Shown: positions 37,892 to 49,752, numbered from the stretch's first letter. The stretch: 64,000 nt of DNA from Clostridia bacterium (GCA_017516825.1 JAFXBC010000044.1:19003-83002); one strand, 5' to 3'. Made by a program: numbers and translations. Notes: generated from the letters alone by a model not told the origin.

Positions 37892-38472
37892 ACCGTTTCT
37901 CTCACTTTCTCATAGGTTTCCCGATCACAAAGCAGGTTTACTGCCTCCAAAAGCGCGGTGGAGGTCAACGTCTCGGGGAGGTTCAAGGCCTTGGCAAGGG
38001 CTTTCCGCTTCTCTTTTGCCCCTTCCCCACCGGAAAAGCCGTGGGTATACCATTCTCCCGGGGTGATCCCCGCAGAGACGGGGGCATTCGCGGTCTCCTC
38101 ATAAGGAGCAAGAAGAGGGCGCAACAGCTCGCACTCCAAGCCCTCCACGCCTAAGAGGCCTTCCGCCGAGGGAGCGTTCTTCCGCTTTTCCTTCCCTTGG
38201 ACACAGGGGGCATACACCTGGTAGACCTTCCCCTGGTTGAAGATACCCTTCAGCTTGGAGCGGATGAAATTCCCTGCCTTGTCGCTGTCGGTGAGGAAGA
38301 TCAGCCCTTTTTCCTTACAGATCCGCTGCAAAAGGGCTTTCTTTTCCTTGTCGTTGAACACGGAAAAGCCGCCCAGCACCAGGATGGGAGTCTCCACCAG
38401 ATTGGAAAGGCGGATCTTATCGTATTTACCCTCTACCACAAGAGGGCAGATCAATCGCATTTTATTTGCCAT
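37888..38472 (-). CDS. Toprim-domain protein (RNase M5-like / DUF4093 family)
   Basis: Toprim signatures VVEGKYDK and FLTDSDKAG. 194 aa. ATGA-type overlaps with both neighbours. Confidence 0.7.
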   Translation of the reverse strand: MANKMRLICPLVVEGKYDKIRLSNLVETPILVLGGFSVFNDKEKKALLQRICKEKGLIFLTDSDKAGNFIRSKLKGIFNQGKVYQVYAPCVQGKEKRKNAPSAEGLLGVEGLECELLRPLLAPYEETANAPVSAGITPGEWYTHGFSGGEGAKEKRKALAKALNLPETLTSTALLEAVNLLCDRETYEKVRETV

Positions 38473-39568
38473 ACATACAGATCCTGTATACCAGGGTTTC
38501 CAACGCCGCGGCGGTATTGCCTCGGCGGGTCTTCATTTTTGCATCCGCCTCGGCGATCTCGGTAATGGCGTACTGCAAGGCGGCGTAATCGGTATAACCC
38601 AGAGAGGAGGCGGCCTTGCTCACCTTCCATGTGGTGATCTTGTGATCTGCGGCGATCTGGGCCACGGATTTCCCCATGTCCATCCCGGCCTTGACCAACA
38701 GCATCAGCCGATAATTGGAGGCCAGAAAGCCCATGGCCATGGGAACGGCCTCGGGGGTCATTTTCAACCCTGCCAGGATCCGTCTGGCGCCGGGAAGATC
38801 TCCTCTGACCATACAGTTTGCCACGTCGAAGAAAACGTGGTTTTCGTTGGCGGAGCAATAAGTTCGCACGTCCTGCTCGGTGACGGCTTTGCCGCCGCAG
38901 GCATCGCAAAGCTTTTGGATCTCACCCTGGAGGGTATACATATCCGTTCCGCAATAGGAGGCCATAAAAGCAGGCACGCCGGGAGCGGTCTTCACACCTC
39001 GGGAGGCGAAGTGGCGGGCGATCCAATTGCAGAGCTTTTCCCCCTTCTCGGGCTCAAACTCCACGGAAAGTCCGTTTGCCTCCACGGCGGCAAGGAAGGT
39101 CTTGAAGCCGTTTTTCTTTTCCTCAGGCTTATCTTCCTCGTTTTTTTCCTCCTTGGGCGCATCGGAGCCGGCCTTGGAGCCGTTATAATCCCCTGCACGA
39201 AGGAGGATCAGCACCGTGAGATAATCGGGAAGGGTCTCGAAGATGCGGGCGTATTCCTCCGCTTCTGCCGCATATATCTTTTTGGGTTTGAGATTACGGA
39301 TCTCGATGACGCGGTTTTCCCACAGATAGGGCAGGGCGAAGGTTGCCTCCTCGAAATCCCCCACCGAGCGGGTCTCGGCGTCGAAGATCTCGTAGTTAAA
39401 CTCCGGCACGGGAGAGGCCTGGGCAAGCTTGCGGAGCTTGTCGGCGTAGAAATCCTTGGTGTATTCCTCCGCGCCCCAGAACAGGTAGACGCCGCTTAGC
39501 TTATTCTCTTTGACGCGTTTTTTCAGTTCCTCCATGGAGGACGGCTTTTTGTTGCCGTAAAAGCTCAC
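38462..39568 (-). CDS. holA: DNA polymerase III subunit delta
   Basis: N-terminus ...LSGVYLFWGAEEYTKDFY, length of 368 aa and the conserved comEC-holA synteny of Firmicutes. Confidence 0.8.
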   Translation of the reverse strand: MSFYGNKKPSSMEELKKRVKENKLSGVYLFWGAEEYTKDFYADKLRKLAQASPVPEFNYEIFDAETRSVGDFEEATFALPYLWENRVIEIRNLKPKKIYAAEAEEYARIFETLPDYLTVLILLRAGDYNGSKAGSDAPKEEKNEEDKPEEKKNGFKTFLAAVEANGLSVEFEPEKGEKLCNWIARHFASRGVKTAPGVPAFMASYCGTDMYTLQGEIQKLCDACGGKAVTEQDVRTYCSANENHVFFDVANCMVRGDLPGARRILAGLKMTPEAVPMAMGFLASNYRLMLLVKAGMDMGKSVAQIAADHKITTWKVSKAASSLGYTDYAALQYAITEIAEADAKMKTRRGNTAAALETLVYRICMYGK

Positions 39569-41691
39569 GGGACGTACACCTCCCCGTTTTCGTAGATGAT
39601 GACGGAATGATAGAAATGAAGCTGTGCGGAAGACAGATCCTCCGTAAGATCCGTTTCCACAGGCAGATAGAGATGGTCTGCCGCCAATTGATCCAACCCA
39701 AAAGCTGTGGGAGATACCACCCAGACCATGGGGGACGTGAGGTCACAGCCGTTCCCCGTAAGCACGGAAAGACCGTAGGGGGTGACGGCGGTACCGGAAT
39801 TGCGGTTGTATTCTAAAAGGGTGCTTTCGCAGACTTCGTGATAGAAACTTACCTCGCAGGGGAAGCCCTCCAGCAGGGTCAGAAAGACGGTCAGGTCGTC
39901 CTCCCCTCCCATGTGATCGGAAAGCGGTAAGTATATCTTGGTGATGGGATGCTCTCTGAGGGCGTTGGCCAGGCGGAGCATAGCGTTTTCGTCTCCCCGG
40001 GTGACCACATACGCCTCGACGGCATAGCCCTCCGGGAGGGGGAGCTCGGTTTCGCCACCGAGATCCAGGAAGATCCCTTCCCCATCCCTTGCAACGTAAA
40101 GACAAGCATCCTCCCCCGACAGAAAGACGTATTCATCGGGAGGCAAGAGCGCTTCCGCCAAAGCAAAGGCGGAAAGGGACAGAACGCCGCAAAGGGAGAA
40201 GCAGGTAAACAGCAACACTCCCTTCCTGCGGAACAACAGCATACAGCCGATGGCGGCGCAGGAAAGCAGAATGGGCAACAATGCCCAGGCATCCGGCACG
40301 TAGAGGGTGCCGATCTCTCGCTCCAGGAACCAGCCGAACAGATCCTCCATCAGCCGCAAAGCTGTGCCCGGCAGGAACGCAAAAAGGGTTCCCAGGAAGG
40401 GGACTGCGGAATACACCAAGACGGACACCAACAGCAGGGTCAGAATGGGTGTAAAAAGCGGCACGAAGATCAAATTGGTAATGGGAGACAACCAGGATAG
40501 GTTGCCGAAGGTATAGGCGATCACCGGGAATGTGAACACCACGGCGGAGCAGGAGATCAGAAACGAGCCCGCGGCAGGTGCCGCGATACGGCGGAGAAGG
40601 CTTGCTTTTCCCTTTCCGTTGCCCCGGATCTTTTTCTGAAGTTCCGTGACATGAGGCTCCAAAAGGATGATCCCGAGACAGGACAGGAAGGACAATTGCA
40701 GGCTGACGGATAAAAGAGCGTAGGGATTCACAGCCAGCAAGAACAGCAACGCAGTGGAAAGAAGGGTGATGCCGTCCGTTTCCCGCAGGAGGATCTCCCC
40801 CAACAGCACGGAGCCCACCATCACGGCGGAGCGAATGACGGGAGGATAGAAGCCCGTCAGGAAGCAGTACAGCACGATCATCCCCAAAGCAAGAGATTCC
40901 CGCACCTGCTTCCTCACCCGAAGGGCGAAGAGAAGCTTTCGACGCATCATGGCCAAAATGGAAAGATGCAAGCCACTGATGGAAAGGACGTGGGAAAGTC
41001 CCATAGTGCGATACGCATCATTGGTCTCCCCCGTTAACAGGGAGCATTCCCGCAGGGTCAACGCCTGGGCGACGCCGGTGACGCCGTACCGTTCGTACAA
41101 AGCCTTGCAGTTTTCCGCCAAGGCAAAGCGCAAGGAGGCGATCATGCCGCTTCCCGGCTTTACGTCGGAAACGTAGCCGTTGGCCACCAGCCTGCAGGAC
41201 GCCATACGCTCCGAATTCCGGGAAAGGCTGCTGTAGGTCAAAGTAGCCGTTACCTCGTCCCCGATGATGATAACGTCCTCTTTTTGGAGGTACAATCGGA
41301 TCTTGGTGCCCGCAGGGAGGGAGCGCCTTGATCTTTCCACCGTGATCTCCAGATACTTGCTTTCGGCATAAGAGCCGTTTTCCGTCACGGTGCCTTTCAC
41401 GGTGTCCTTCATCCCCACGTAGGAAGCGTAGCTTTCGTAGGGCAAGGCCCGCAGGCACAGCCAGCCCGCCCCCAGGGCAAGGCCTGCCGCCAGAATGGTA
41501 GGATACAGCAGGTATTTCTTCAGCTCCTTGGCCTTGAAGCAACAGGCGGTATACAGCCCGCCGATGGTCAAGGCGAGGACGAGAAGGATGATAAAAATCA
41601 CCGCTTCCCACCCGTTTCCCGCGAGAAAGGGCGTGGCAATGCCAGCCGCAAACGCCAACGCAAAAACGGAGAGGAAGCGGTTCTTCAGCAT
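39565..41691 (-). CDS. comEC: ComEC/Rec2-family DNA internalisation channel protein (C-terminal MBL-like domain degenerate)
   Basis: N-terminal TMs plus an OB/DUF4131-like segment, and a polytopic competence domain (LSHVLSISGLHLSIL). The C-terminal ~200 aa lack the HxHxDH motif. Confidence 0.85.
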   Translation of the reverse strand: MLKNRFLSVFALAFAAGIATPFLAGNGWEAVIFIILLVLALTIGGLYTACCFKAKELKKYLLYPTILAAGLALGAGWLCLRALPYESYASYVGMKDTVKGTVTENGSYAESKYLEITVERSRRSLPAGTKIRLYLQKEDVIIIGDEVTATLTYSSLSRNSERMASCRLVANGYVSDVKPGSGMIASLRFALAENCKALYERYGVTGVAQALTLRECSLLTGETNDAYRTMGLSHVLSISGLHLSILAMMRRKLLFALRVRKQVRESLALGMIVLYCFLTGFYPPVIRSAVMVGSVLLGEILLRETDGITLLSTALLFLLAVNPYALLSVSLQLSFLSCLGIILLEPHVTELQKKIRGNGKGKASLLRRIAAPAAGSFLISCSAVVFTFPVIAYTFGNLSWLSPITNLIFVPLFTPILTLLLVSVLVYSAVPFLGTLFAFLPGTALRLMEDLFGWFLEREIGTLYVPDAWALLPILLSCAAIGCMLLFRRKGVLLFTCFSLCGVLSLSAFALAEALLPPDEYVFLSGEDACLYVARDGEGIFLDLGGETELPLPEGYAVEAYVVTRGDENAMLRLANALREHPITKIYLPLSDHMGGEDDLTVFLTLLEGFPCEVSFYHEVCESTLLEYNRNSGTAVTPYGLSVLTGNGCDLTSPMVWVVSPTAFGLDQLAADHLYLPVETDLTEDLSSAQLHFYHSVIIYENGEVYVP

Positions 41692-41697
41692 ATAGGA

Positions 41698-42054
41698 TTA
41701 CGCCAGGGTGACGGGCAACTTCTTGCCGCCCAGGATGTGGAAGTGGAGGTGCTTCACGGACTGGCCGCCATCCTCACCGCAGTTGGTGATGACGCGATAG
41801 CCGTTTTCCGCAAGGCCCAATTCCTTTGCGATCTGAGGGATCACCTTCAGAACCGCGGATACTGCGGAAAGGTTCTCCTCGGTGACCTCCTGGATGGAGG
41901 CAATATGCACCTTGGGGATCACCAGCACGTGGACGGGTGCGTTAGGGTTGATATCGTGGAAGGCGTAGACGTTTTCATCCTCATACACCTTCTTAGAGGG
42001 GATCTCCCCTGCGATGATCTTACAAAACAGACAGTTTTCCATTTTATACTCCAA
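41698..42054 (-). CDS. HIT-family (Hint-like) nucleotide hydrolase
   Basis: Histidine triad HLHFHILGG. 118 aa. Confidence 0.9.
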   Translation of the reverse strand: MEYKMENCLFCKIIAGEIPSKKVYEDENVYAFHDINPNAPVHVLVIPKVHIASIQEVTEENLSAVSAVLKVIPQIAKELGLAENGYRVITNCGEDGGQSVKHLHFHILGGKKLPVTLA

Positions 42055-42057
42055 ACA

Positions 42058-44694
<2,637 letters not shown>

Positions 44695-44717
44695 GTTTTG
44701 TCCTCATTTATCTTTCG

Positions 44718-45641
44718 TTATGTTTCTTCTTCGGTAGATTCATCCTCAAAAACGCCGCCGATGATCTGGCCGGATCCCTCCTCGGGATCCTCCTCCGGCA
44801 TGACGATGGTGCCGTCGTCGTGCATCAGCATGATCCCCAGCTCGTGGCAAGCCGCCCAGCAGGGAGAATCAAGCACGGTGAAGACGGTGAGGATCGTAGG
44901 GTGATCGGTCATGGCGTTCTCGGAAAAGACGCAGTCGCTCCCCAGGCGCAGGGTGGCGAGCTTGGTACAGCCGCGGAAGGCGTAATCGCCGATGGAGACC
45001 ATGGAGTCCCCAAAATACAGCAGCTCCAGGCTTTCGCACCCGGAGAAGGCCCGGGCTCCCACAGCCGCAAGATCGGAGGTGTATCTGACCTTGGTGAGGG
45101 AGGTGCATTGGTTGAAGCAATAGGCGGGGATGGTGGTGATGCCCTCGGGAAGGGTGACGGTCTCCAGCGCACTGCACCAGGAGAAGGCCTTGTCCCCGAT
45201 GGATTCCAGACTATCGGGCAGGGTGACGGACTTCAAGGCGGTGCAATAGTAGAAGGCGTTCTCCTCCAGAACGCGGATCCCCTCGGAGACCACCACGGAC
45301 TCCACGGGAACGCTTTCGTAAAAGGCAAGGCCTGCGATGGCATATACGGGCAGGCGGTCGATGATGGCGGGGATGGTAACGTCCACGTCCTCGCCCAGGT
45401 ACGCCGTAATGACCACCCGGTCTTTGTAGACGTCGTAGGCGAACTCCTTGTTCTCTTTGGAGGCCACGAAGTCTGCGGGAGGCTGGGAGATCTCCGTACC
45501 GTTGACGTAGGCCTTCAGCTCCTCCAGCGCGGATTCCAGGGAAAAGTTACAGCCTGACAGGGAGAAGACCAACAGTACCAAAAGCACCGACGAAAGGATC
45601 CGCTTCCCAAAATGTCTTTTCCAAGCAGAGCTCATGAGCAT
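44718..45641 (-). CDS. Leucine-rich-repeat (BspA/LRR_5-type) lipoprotein with acidic C-terminal tail
   Basis: Signal plus lipobox (LVFSLSGCN). Repeats of about 23 aa of the form F..C..L..V.LP..L..IG..AF. The tail is EEDPEEGSG...EDESTEEET. Confidence 0.8.
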   Translation of the reverse strand: MLMSSAWKRHFGKRILSSVLLVLLVFSLSGCNFSLESALEELKAYVNGTEISQPPADFVASKENKEFAYDVYKDRVVITAYLGEDVDVTIPAIIDRLPVYAIAGLAFYESVPVESVVVSEGIRVLEENAFYYCTALKSVTLPDSLESIGDKAFSWCSALETVTLPEGITTIPAYCFNQCTSLTKVRYTSDLAAVGARAFSGCESLELLYFGDSMVSIGDYAFRGCTKLATLRLGSDCVFSENAMTDHPTILTVFTVLDSPCWAACHELGIMLMHDDGTIVMPEEDPEEGSGQIIGGVFEDESTEEET

Positions 45642-45695
45642 TCCTCCAAAAAAATTGCAACACCAAAAAGGCCCTATACAGCCATTCTTCCATGT

Positions 45696-45724
45696 ATTAT
45701 ATCACTTCCTTTTGCATTTGTCAA
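45696..45724 (-). promoter_or_regulatory. Consensus sigma-A promoter driving the LRR gene (and probably alaS onward)
   Basis: On the minus strand: TTGACA (45724-45719), a 17-nt spacer, then TATAAT (45701-45696). Confidence 0.75.
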
Positions 45725-45743
45725 TTTTTTTATGCGATTTTGA

Positions 45744-45772
45744 TTGACAATCCGCTAAAAAAGAAGTACAAT
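45744..45772 (+). promoter_or_regulatory. Sigma-A promoter of the AGE-family epimerase gene
   Basis: TTGACA, a 17-nt spacer, then TACAAT. It is divergent from, and 20 bp away from, the LRR/alaS -35 box. Confidence 0.7.
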
Positions 45773-45801
45773 AGAGAAAAGAAAAAAACAAACTGTGAAG
45801 G

Positions 45802-47037
45802 ATGGAGTATCTTTTTATGAACAAGGAGCTTTTTACCTCGTACAAGAATTTCTACCGCCATCAGCTGTTGGACGATTGCATCCCCTTCTGGATGCAGAGC
45901 GATCTGCTGGACAAGGAGTACGGCGGATACATCACCTGCATTGACCGCGAAGGCAAGCAGTACAGCATGGACAAGTCCGGCTGGTTCCAGGGCAGATGTC
46001 TGTGGACCTTCTCTACCCTGTGCAACCGCTACGGCAAGAAGCAGGAATGGGTAGACGCCGCACAGCTTGGCGTTGATTTCATTGAGAAGCATATCGCCGA
46101 TGCAGACGGCAGAATGTATTTCACCCTGGCGCGGGACGGCAGCCCTCTCCGCAAGAGACGTTATATGTTCACCGAGAGCTTCTACGTGCTTTCCATGGCT
46201 GAATACGGCCTGATGACCGGTGACAAGACCTACATCAAGAAGGCAGAGGATTGCTTTGAGAACATGCTTCGTATGTTCCGCGATCCCGCTTCCGATCCCT
46301 TTAAGATCACCCCCAAGAGCTATGCGGAGACCAGACAGGAGGTTGCGGTAGCCGTTCCCATGGTTTTGGTATCCTCCGCTCAGCTGCTGCGGAGATGCGA
46401 TCCCGAAAAGGCTGATTACTACACCGCCATTGCCAACGAGATGGCTGACCGCATCATCAACATCCACTGGAAGCCCGAGTTGGGTTGCGTTCTGGAGACC
46501 ACAGGTCCCAACGGCGAGTTCATCGACACTCCCGCCGGCAGATGCATCAACCCCGGTCACTCCATGGAGAATAGCTGGTTCCTGATGAACCAGTACCTCC
46601 ACACCAAGGACGAGAATCTGCTGAAGACCGCTCTGAAGATCTTTGAGACCGCTTCCGATTGGGGCTGGGACAAGGAATACGGCGGATACATCTACTTCAC
46701 CGACGTGAACGGCAGACCTCCGGAACAGCTTGAGCACGACATGAAGCTGTGGTGGGTACACGACGAAGCCCTCATCGGCGCTCTGCTGGCTTACAGCATC
46801 ACCGGGGAGAAGAAGTACTGGGATCTGTTCGAGAAGGTACACGCTTACTCCTTCGGTCACTTTGCGGACAAGGAATGCGGCGAGTGGTACGGCTACCTCC
46901 ACAAGGACGGCACCGTTTCCCACACCCAGAAGGGTTCCATGTGGAAGGGTCCCTTCCATTACCCCAGAATGCTGATGAACATGGAAATGCTCTTCGAGCA
47001 TCTTGAAAAGGGCGAGCAGGTAGTTTCTCTCCTGTAA
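45802..47037 (+). CDS. N-acylglucosamine 2-epimerase (AGE) family isomerase
   Basis: (alpha/alpha)6-barrel AGE signatures (IPFWM..D.EYGGY, GRCLWTFS, PGHSMENSWF, WWVHDEAL). The alternative start MNKELF at 45817 has better RBS spacing. Confidence 0.85.
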   Translation: MEYLFMNKELFTSYKNFYRHQLLDDCIPFWMQSDLLDKEYGGYITCIDREGKQYSMDKSGWFQGRCLWTFSTLCNRYGKKQEWVDAAQLGVDFIEKHIADADGRMYFTLARDGSPLRKRRYMFTESFYVLSMAEYGLMTGDKTYIKKAEDCFENMLRMFRDPASDPFKITPKSYAETRQEVAVAVPMVLVSSAQLLRRCDPEKADYYTAIANEMADRIINIHWKPELGCVLETTGPNGEFIDTPAGRCINPGHSMENSWFLMNQYLHTKDENLLKTALKIFETASDWGWDKEYGGYIYFTDVNGRPPEQLEHDMKLWWVHDEALIGALLAYSITGEKKYWDLFEKVHAYSFGHFADKECGEWYGYLHKDGTVSHTQKGSMWKGPFHYPRMLMNMEMLFEHLEKGEQVVSLL

Positions 47038-47133
47038 GCTTCCCCTTGCTTTGAGGACAAGACCGTCCCCGTTTCCCTTTGCGGGGAGGCGGGGGCGGCT
47101 TTTCTATTTTAACGGAACGTGAGGTGTTTGAAA

Positions 47134-47310
47134 ATGGCATTTCTTTATAAATTCCTTTCCGTATCGGAGGAGGTCTCCCTCTCCCCTGCGGATCAGCCCG
47201 TGGATCCCATGCTTTGGTCCTTGTTGATGGTGGGCTCCTTCGTGGCGGTGCTGGTGGTGATGGTGGCGTTTCTGAAGATCGTCAGAAAGAATAAGGATCC
47301 TTACCGATAA
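47134..47310 (+). CDS. Small single-pass membrane protein (58 aa), hypothetical
   Basis: GAGGTG lies 7 nt upstream of the ATG. TM segment MLWSLLMVGSFVAVLVVMVAFL followed by KIVRKNKDPYR. Lies directly upstream of the ECF sigma gene. Confidence 0.5.
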   Translation: MAFLYKFLSVSEEVSLSPADQPVDPMLWSLLMVGSFVAVLVVMVAFLKIVRKNKDPYR

Positions 47311-47383
47311 TTTTTTTCGTTTTCCTTTGCAACCAAAGCCCTCTCTCAAAGGTATTATTGGTAGAAGGAGGTGGCATTTACGC

Positions 47384-47860
47384 ATGCAAGCAAACAATCG
47401 TTACGAAGCAGAGCGCTTGGTGGAGGAATACGCGGACATGATCTACCGTCTTGCGTTGATCCGCACCAAGAGCCCCCACGATGCGGAGGATATCATGCAG
47501 GAGGTCTTCCTGCGGTATCTGAAGGCCCATCCCGTGTTCGAGAGCTCCGAGCATGAAAAGGCCTGGCTGATCCGCGTAACGGTGAACCGTGCAAACAGCT
47601 TCCTTTCCTCGGCGTGGAACAGACGGACGTTGCCTTTTGACGAGGCCGTTTTGGGGGAACTCCCGGAGGAAGAGGACGGAAGCGCGGTTCTGAACGCGGT
47701 GGCTTCCCTGCCCCTTGCCATGCGTACCGCCATCCATCTGCATTATTTTGAGCAGATGACGGTGAAGGAGATCTCTTCCGCCATGGGGAAGAGTGAATCC
47801 GCCGTGAAATCCCTTCTGTTCCGCGGGCGGCAATGCCTGAAGGAGCTTTTGGAACCATGA
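47384..47860 (+). CDS. ECF-type RNA polymerase sigma-70 family factor
   Basis: Region 2 (DAEDIMQEVFLRYLK, WLIRVTVNRANSF) and region 4 HTH (MTVKEISSAMGKSESAVKSLLFRGR). GAAGGAGGTGG RBS before the ATG at 47384. Confidence 0.88.
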   Translation: MQANNRYEAERLVEEYADMIYRLALIRTKSPHDAEDIMQEVFLRYLKAHPVFESSEHEKAWLIRVTVNRANSFLSSAWNRRTLPFDEAVLGELPEEEDGSAVLNAVASLPLAMRTAIHLHYFEQMTVKEISSAMGKSESAVKSLLFRGRQCLKELLEP

Positions 47861-47874
47861 AAGGAGAAACGGAA

Positions 47875-49713
47875 ATGATGGAAAGATATCAAAAAGCTAT
47901 GGGGCGTATTCATGCGCCCGCAGATACGAAAAAGAAACTGCTCGGCTCTGCGGCACGTCCCCGCAGAAGCAGAGCGGCAAAGCTACTCCCCGTGGCGGCC
48001 TGCCTGCTGGTTTTGGTGGCAAGCTGTGCCGTCTGGGTCCTGACGGAGACGGGTGCTTCCCTCCTGCCGGTGGGCAGCTCCTACGATGAGATCTACGATA
48101 CCTGGTACGCACAAAGGGAGGACAGGCTCTCCATTCTCGGAGGAGGCGGAATAGCCGGAGAAGGGGACGGCGACACGTACGGAGACACTACGATCATGGG
48201 CGGCGTTTCGTCTTCCCCTTCGTTTGATTATTCTGCCTCCGACCCCAAGGATTATTACGAGACCCATTCCCAAACGGAGGGGGTCAAGGAATCGGATCGG
48301 CAAAAAACGAACGGAAAATTTTTGTGGCGTATCGACGGCAAAACGCTGTATACCTACCGCCTGGCGGGAGAGGATTCGGAGCTTGTATCCGACCTACCCC
48401 TCCCCGAGGAGGCCGGGTTTGGGAGCGAGATGTTCCTGTTGGAAGGGCGTCTTGCGGTGATCACCCGGTGCTACAAGGTACCCGGGCTCCGTTTTAAGGC
48501 GTATACCCGGGTGTATCTCTACGACCTGGACGCCGCTACGGGCATTCCCGTTCTCGCAGAGGTCTTCACTCAAAGCGGATATTATCAGGACAGCCGTATC
48601 CTGGGAGATACCCTCTATATCGTTACAGATCACAACGGGTACGTGGGTGTCCCGGAGGAAGGAGAGGAGATCCCTCCCGAAACGTATATTCCCACGGTTG
48701 GCAAGGGTGCGACAGAGCGCGCCTTGAAGCCGGAGGAGATCTACCTCACCCGGGATATCCCCATGGGACGTGTGGGGCTGTGGTTCTCCGTGGTCTCCGC
48801 CATCGATCTGAAGGGCAAGGAGATCCTTTCCGCAAGAGCGATTCTCGGCAGTAGCTACACCCTTTACGCATCCACGGAGAATCTTTACCTCTTTGCCCAT
48901 GCCGACGGAACCAAGACCAAGGTATTCCGCTTCGCAATGGCGGGAGAAGACACCGCCCTCACGGGATCTTGCCAAGTGAAGGGAACGCTTTTGAACCAAT
49001 TCGCCGCAGACGAGCAGGACGGGTGCTTGCGGTTGGCTACCTCCGTGAGCCGGAGTATCTGGATCCACGAAGAACATTTCTCCGGTCAATTCAACTGCGT
49101 GTACGTTCTGGACGAGGATCTGCAGATCCGGGGCGCTCTGGAGAAAATTCAGCCCGAGGAACGGATCTATTCCGTAAGGTTCTCGGGAGATCTTTGCTAT
49201 CTGGTGACCTTCCAGCAGATCGATCCCCTGTTTGCCATTGATCTTTCCGATCCTTCGGAGCCCAAGATCCTCTCGGAACTGAAGGTAACGGGATTCTCCT
49301 CTTACCTGTACGAGTACGGCGAAGGATTGCTTTTGGGGTTCGGTGTAGAGGGAACCGAGAACGGCAGTCTGACGGGGCAAAAGCTTTCTATGTTTGACGC
49401 CTCGGATCCCGAAGCCGTAACGGAGATCACCAGCTTGAAGGTCAGTGACGACTGGGGGATCCTCTACGACCACAAAAAGCTGATGATCAGTGAGGAACAG
49501 GGACTCATCGGCATTCCCTTGGACGGCTATCAGCTTTACACCTACGATCGTGAGGCAAAGGAATTCGTTTTGCTGGGACACTACGAGCTTTTGGGAAATG
49601 ACGTCCGCGGCCTTTACGCCGGGAAGTACTGCTACGTGACCTCCACCATGGGGTTGATCGCCATTGATCTGGAAAGCTACGAGGTGGTAGCGGAGATCGA
49701 TCTTACGGTATAA
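47875..49713 (+). CDS. Membrane-anchored beta-propeller-domain protein (COG4880/PF09826-like), possible anti-sigma partner
   Basis: Short cytoplasmic N-terminus and a TM segment (LLPVAACLLVLVASCAVWVL). Signature stretch YSVRFSGDLCYLVTFQQIDPLFAIDLSDPSEPKILSELKVTGFSSYLYEY. AAAGGAGA RBS before the ATG at 47875; an ATGA-overlap start at 47857 is also possible. Confidence 0.8.
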   Translation: MMERYQKAMGRIHAPADTKKKLLGSAARPRRSRAAKLLPVAACLLVLVASCAVWVLTETGASLLPVGSSYDEIYDTWYAQREDRLSILGGGGIAGEGDGDTYGDTTIMGGVSSSPSFDYSASDPKDYYETHSQTEGVKESDRQKTNGKFLWRIDGKTLYTYRLAGEDSELVSDLPLPEEAGFGSEMFLLEGRLAVITRCYKVPGLRFKAYTRVYLYDLDAATGIPVLAEVFTQSGYYQDSRILGDTLYIVTDHNGYVGVPEEGEEIPPETYIPTVGKGATERALKPEEIYLTRDIPMGRVGLWFSVVSAIDLKGKEILSARAILGSSYTLYASTENLYLFAHADGTKTKVFRFAMAGEDTALTGSCQVKGTLLNQFAADEQDGCLRLATSVSRSIWIHEEHFSGQFNCVYVLDEDLQIRGALEKIQPEERIYSVRFSGDLCYLVTFQQIDPLFAIDLSDPSEPKILSELKVTGFSSYLYEYGEGLLLGFGVEGTENGSLTGQKLSMFDASDPEAVTEITSLKVSDDWGILYDHKKLMISEEQGLIGIPLDGYQLYTYDREAKEFVLLGHYELLGNDVRGLYAGKYCYVTSTMGLIAIDLESYEVVAEIDLTV

Positions 49714-49752
49714 AAACATTTTTTGCAAAAACGGCAGTTTTCGGCAATCAAG

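Noticed and set aside
44695-44717. Expected T-box riboswitch upstream of alaS.
   Set aside because: Only 23 nt are available. The 5' UTR of the upstream LRR gene is about 50 nt. No T-box specifier or antiterminator architecture can fit.
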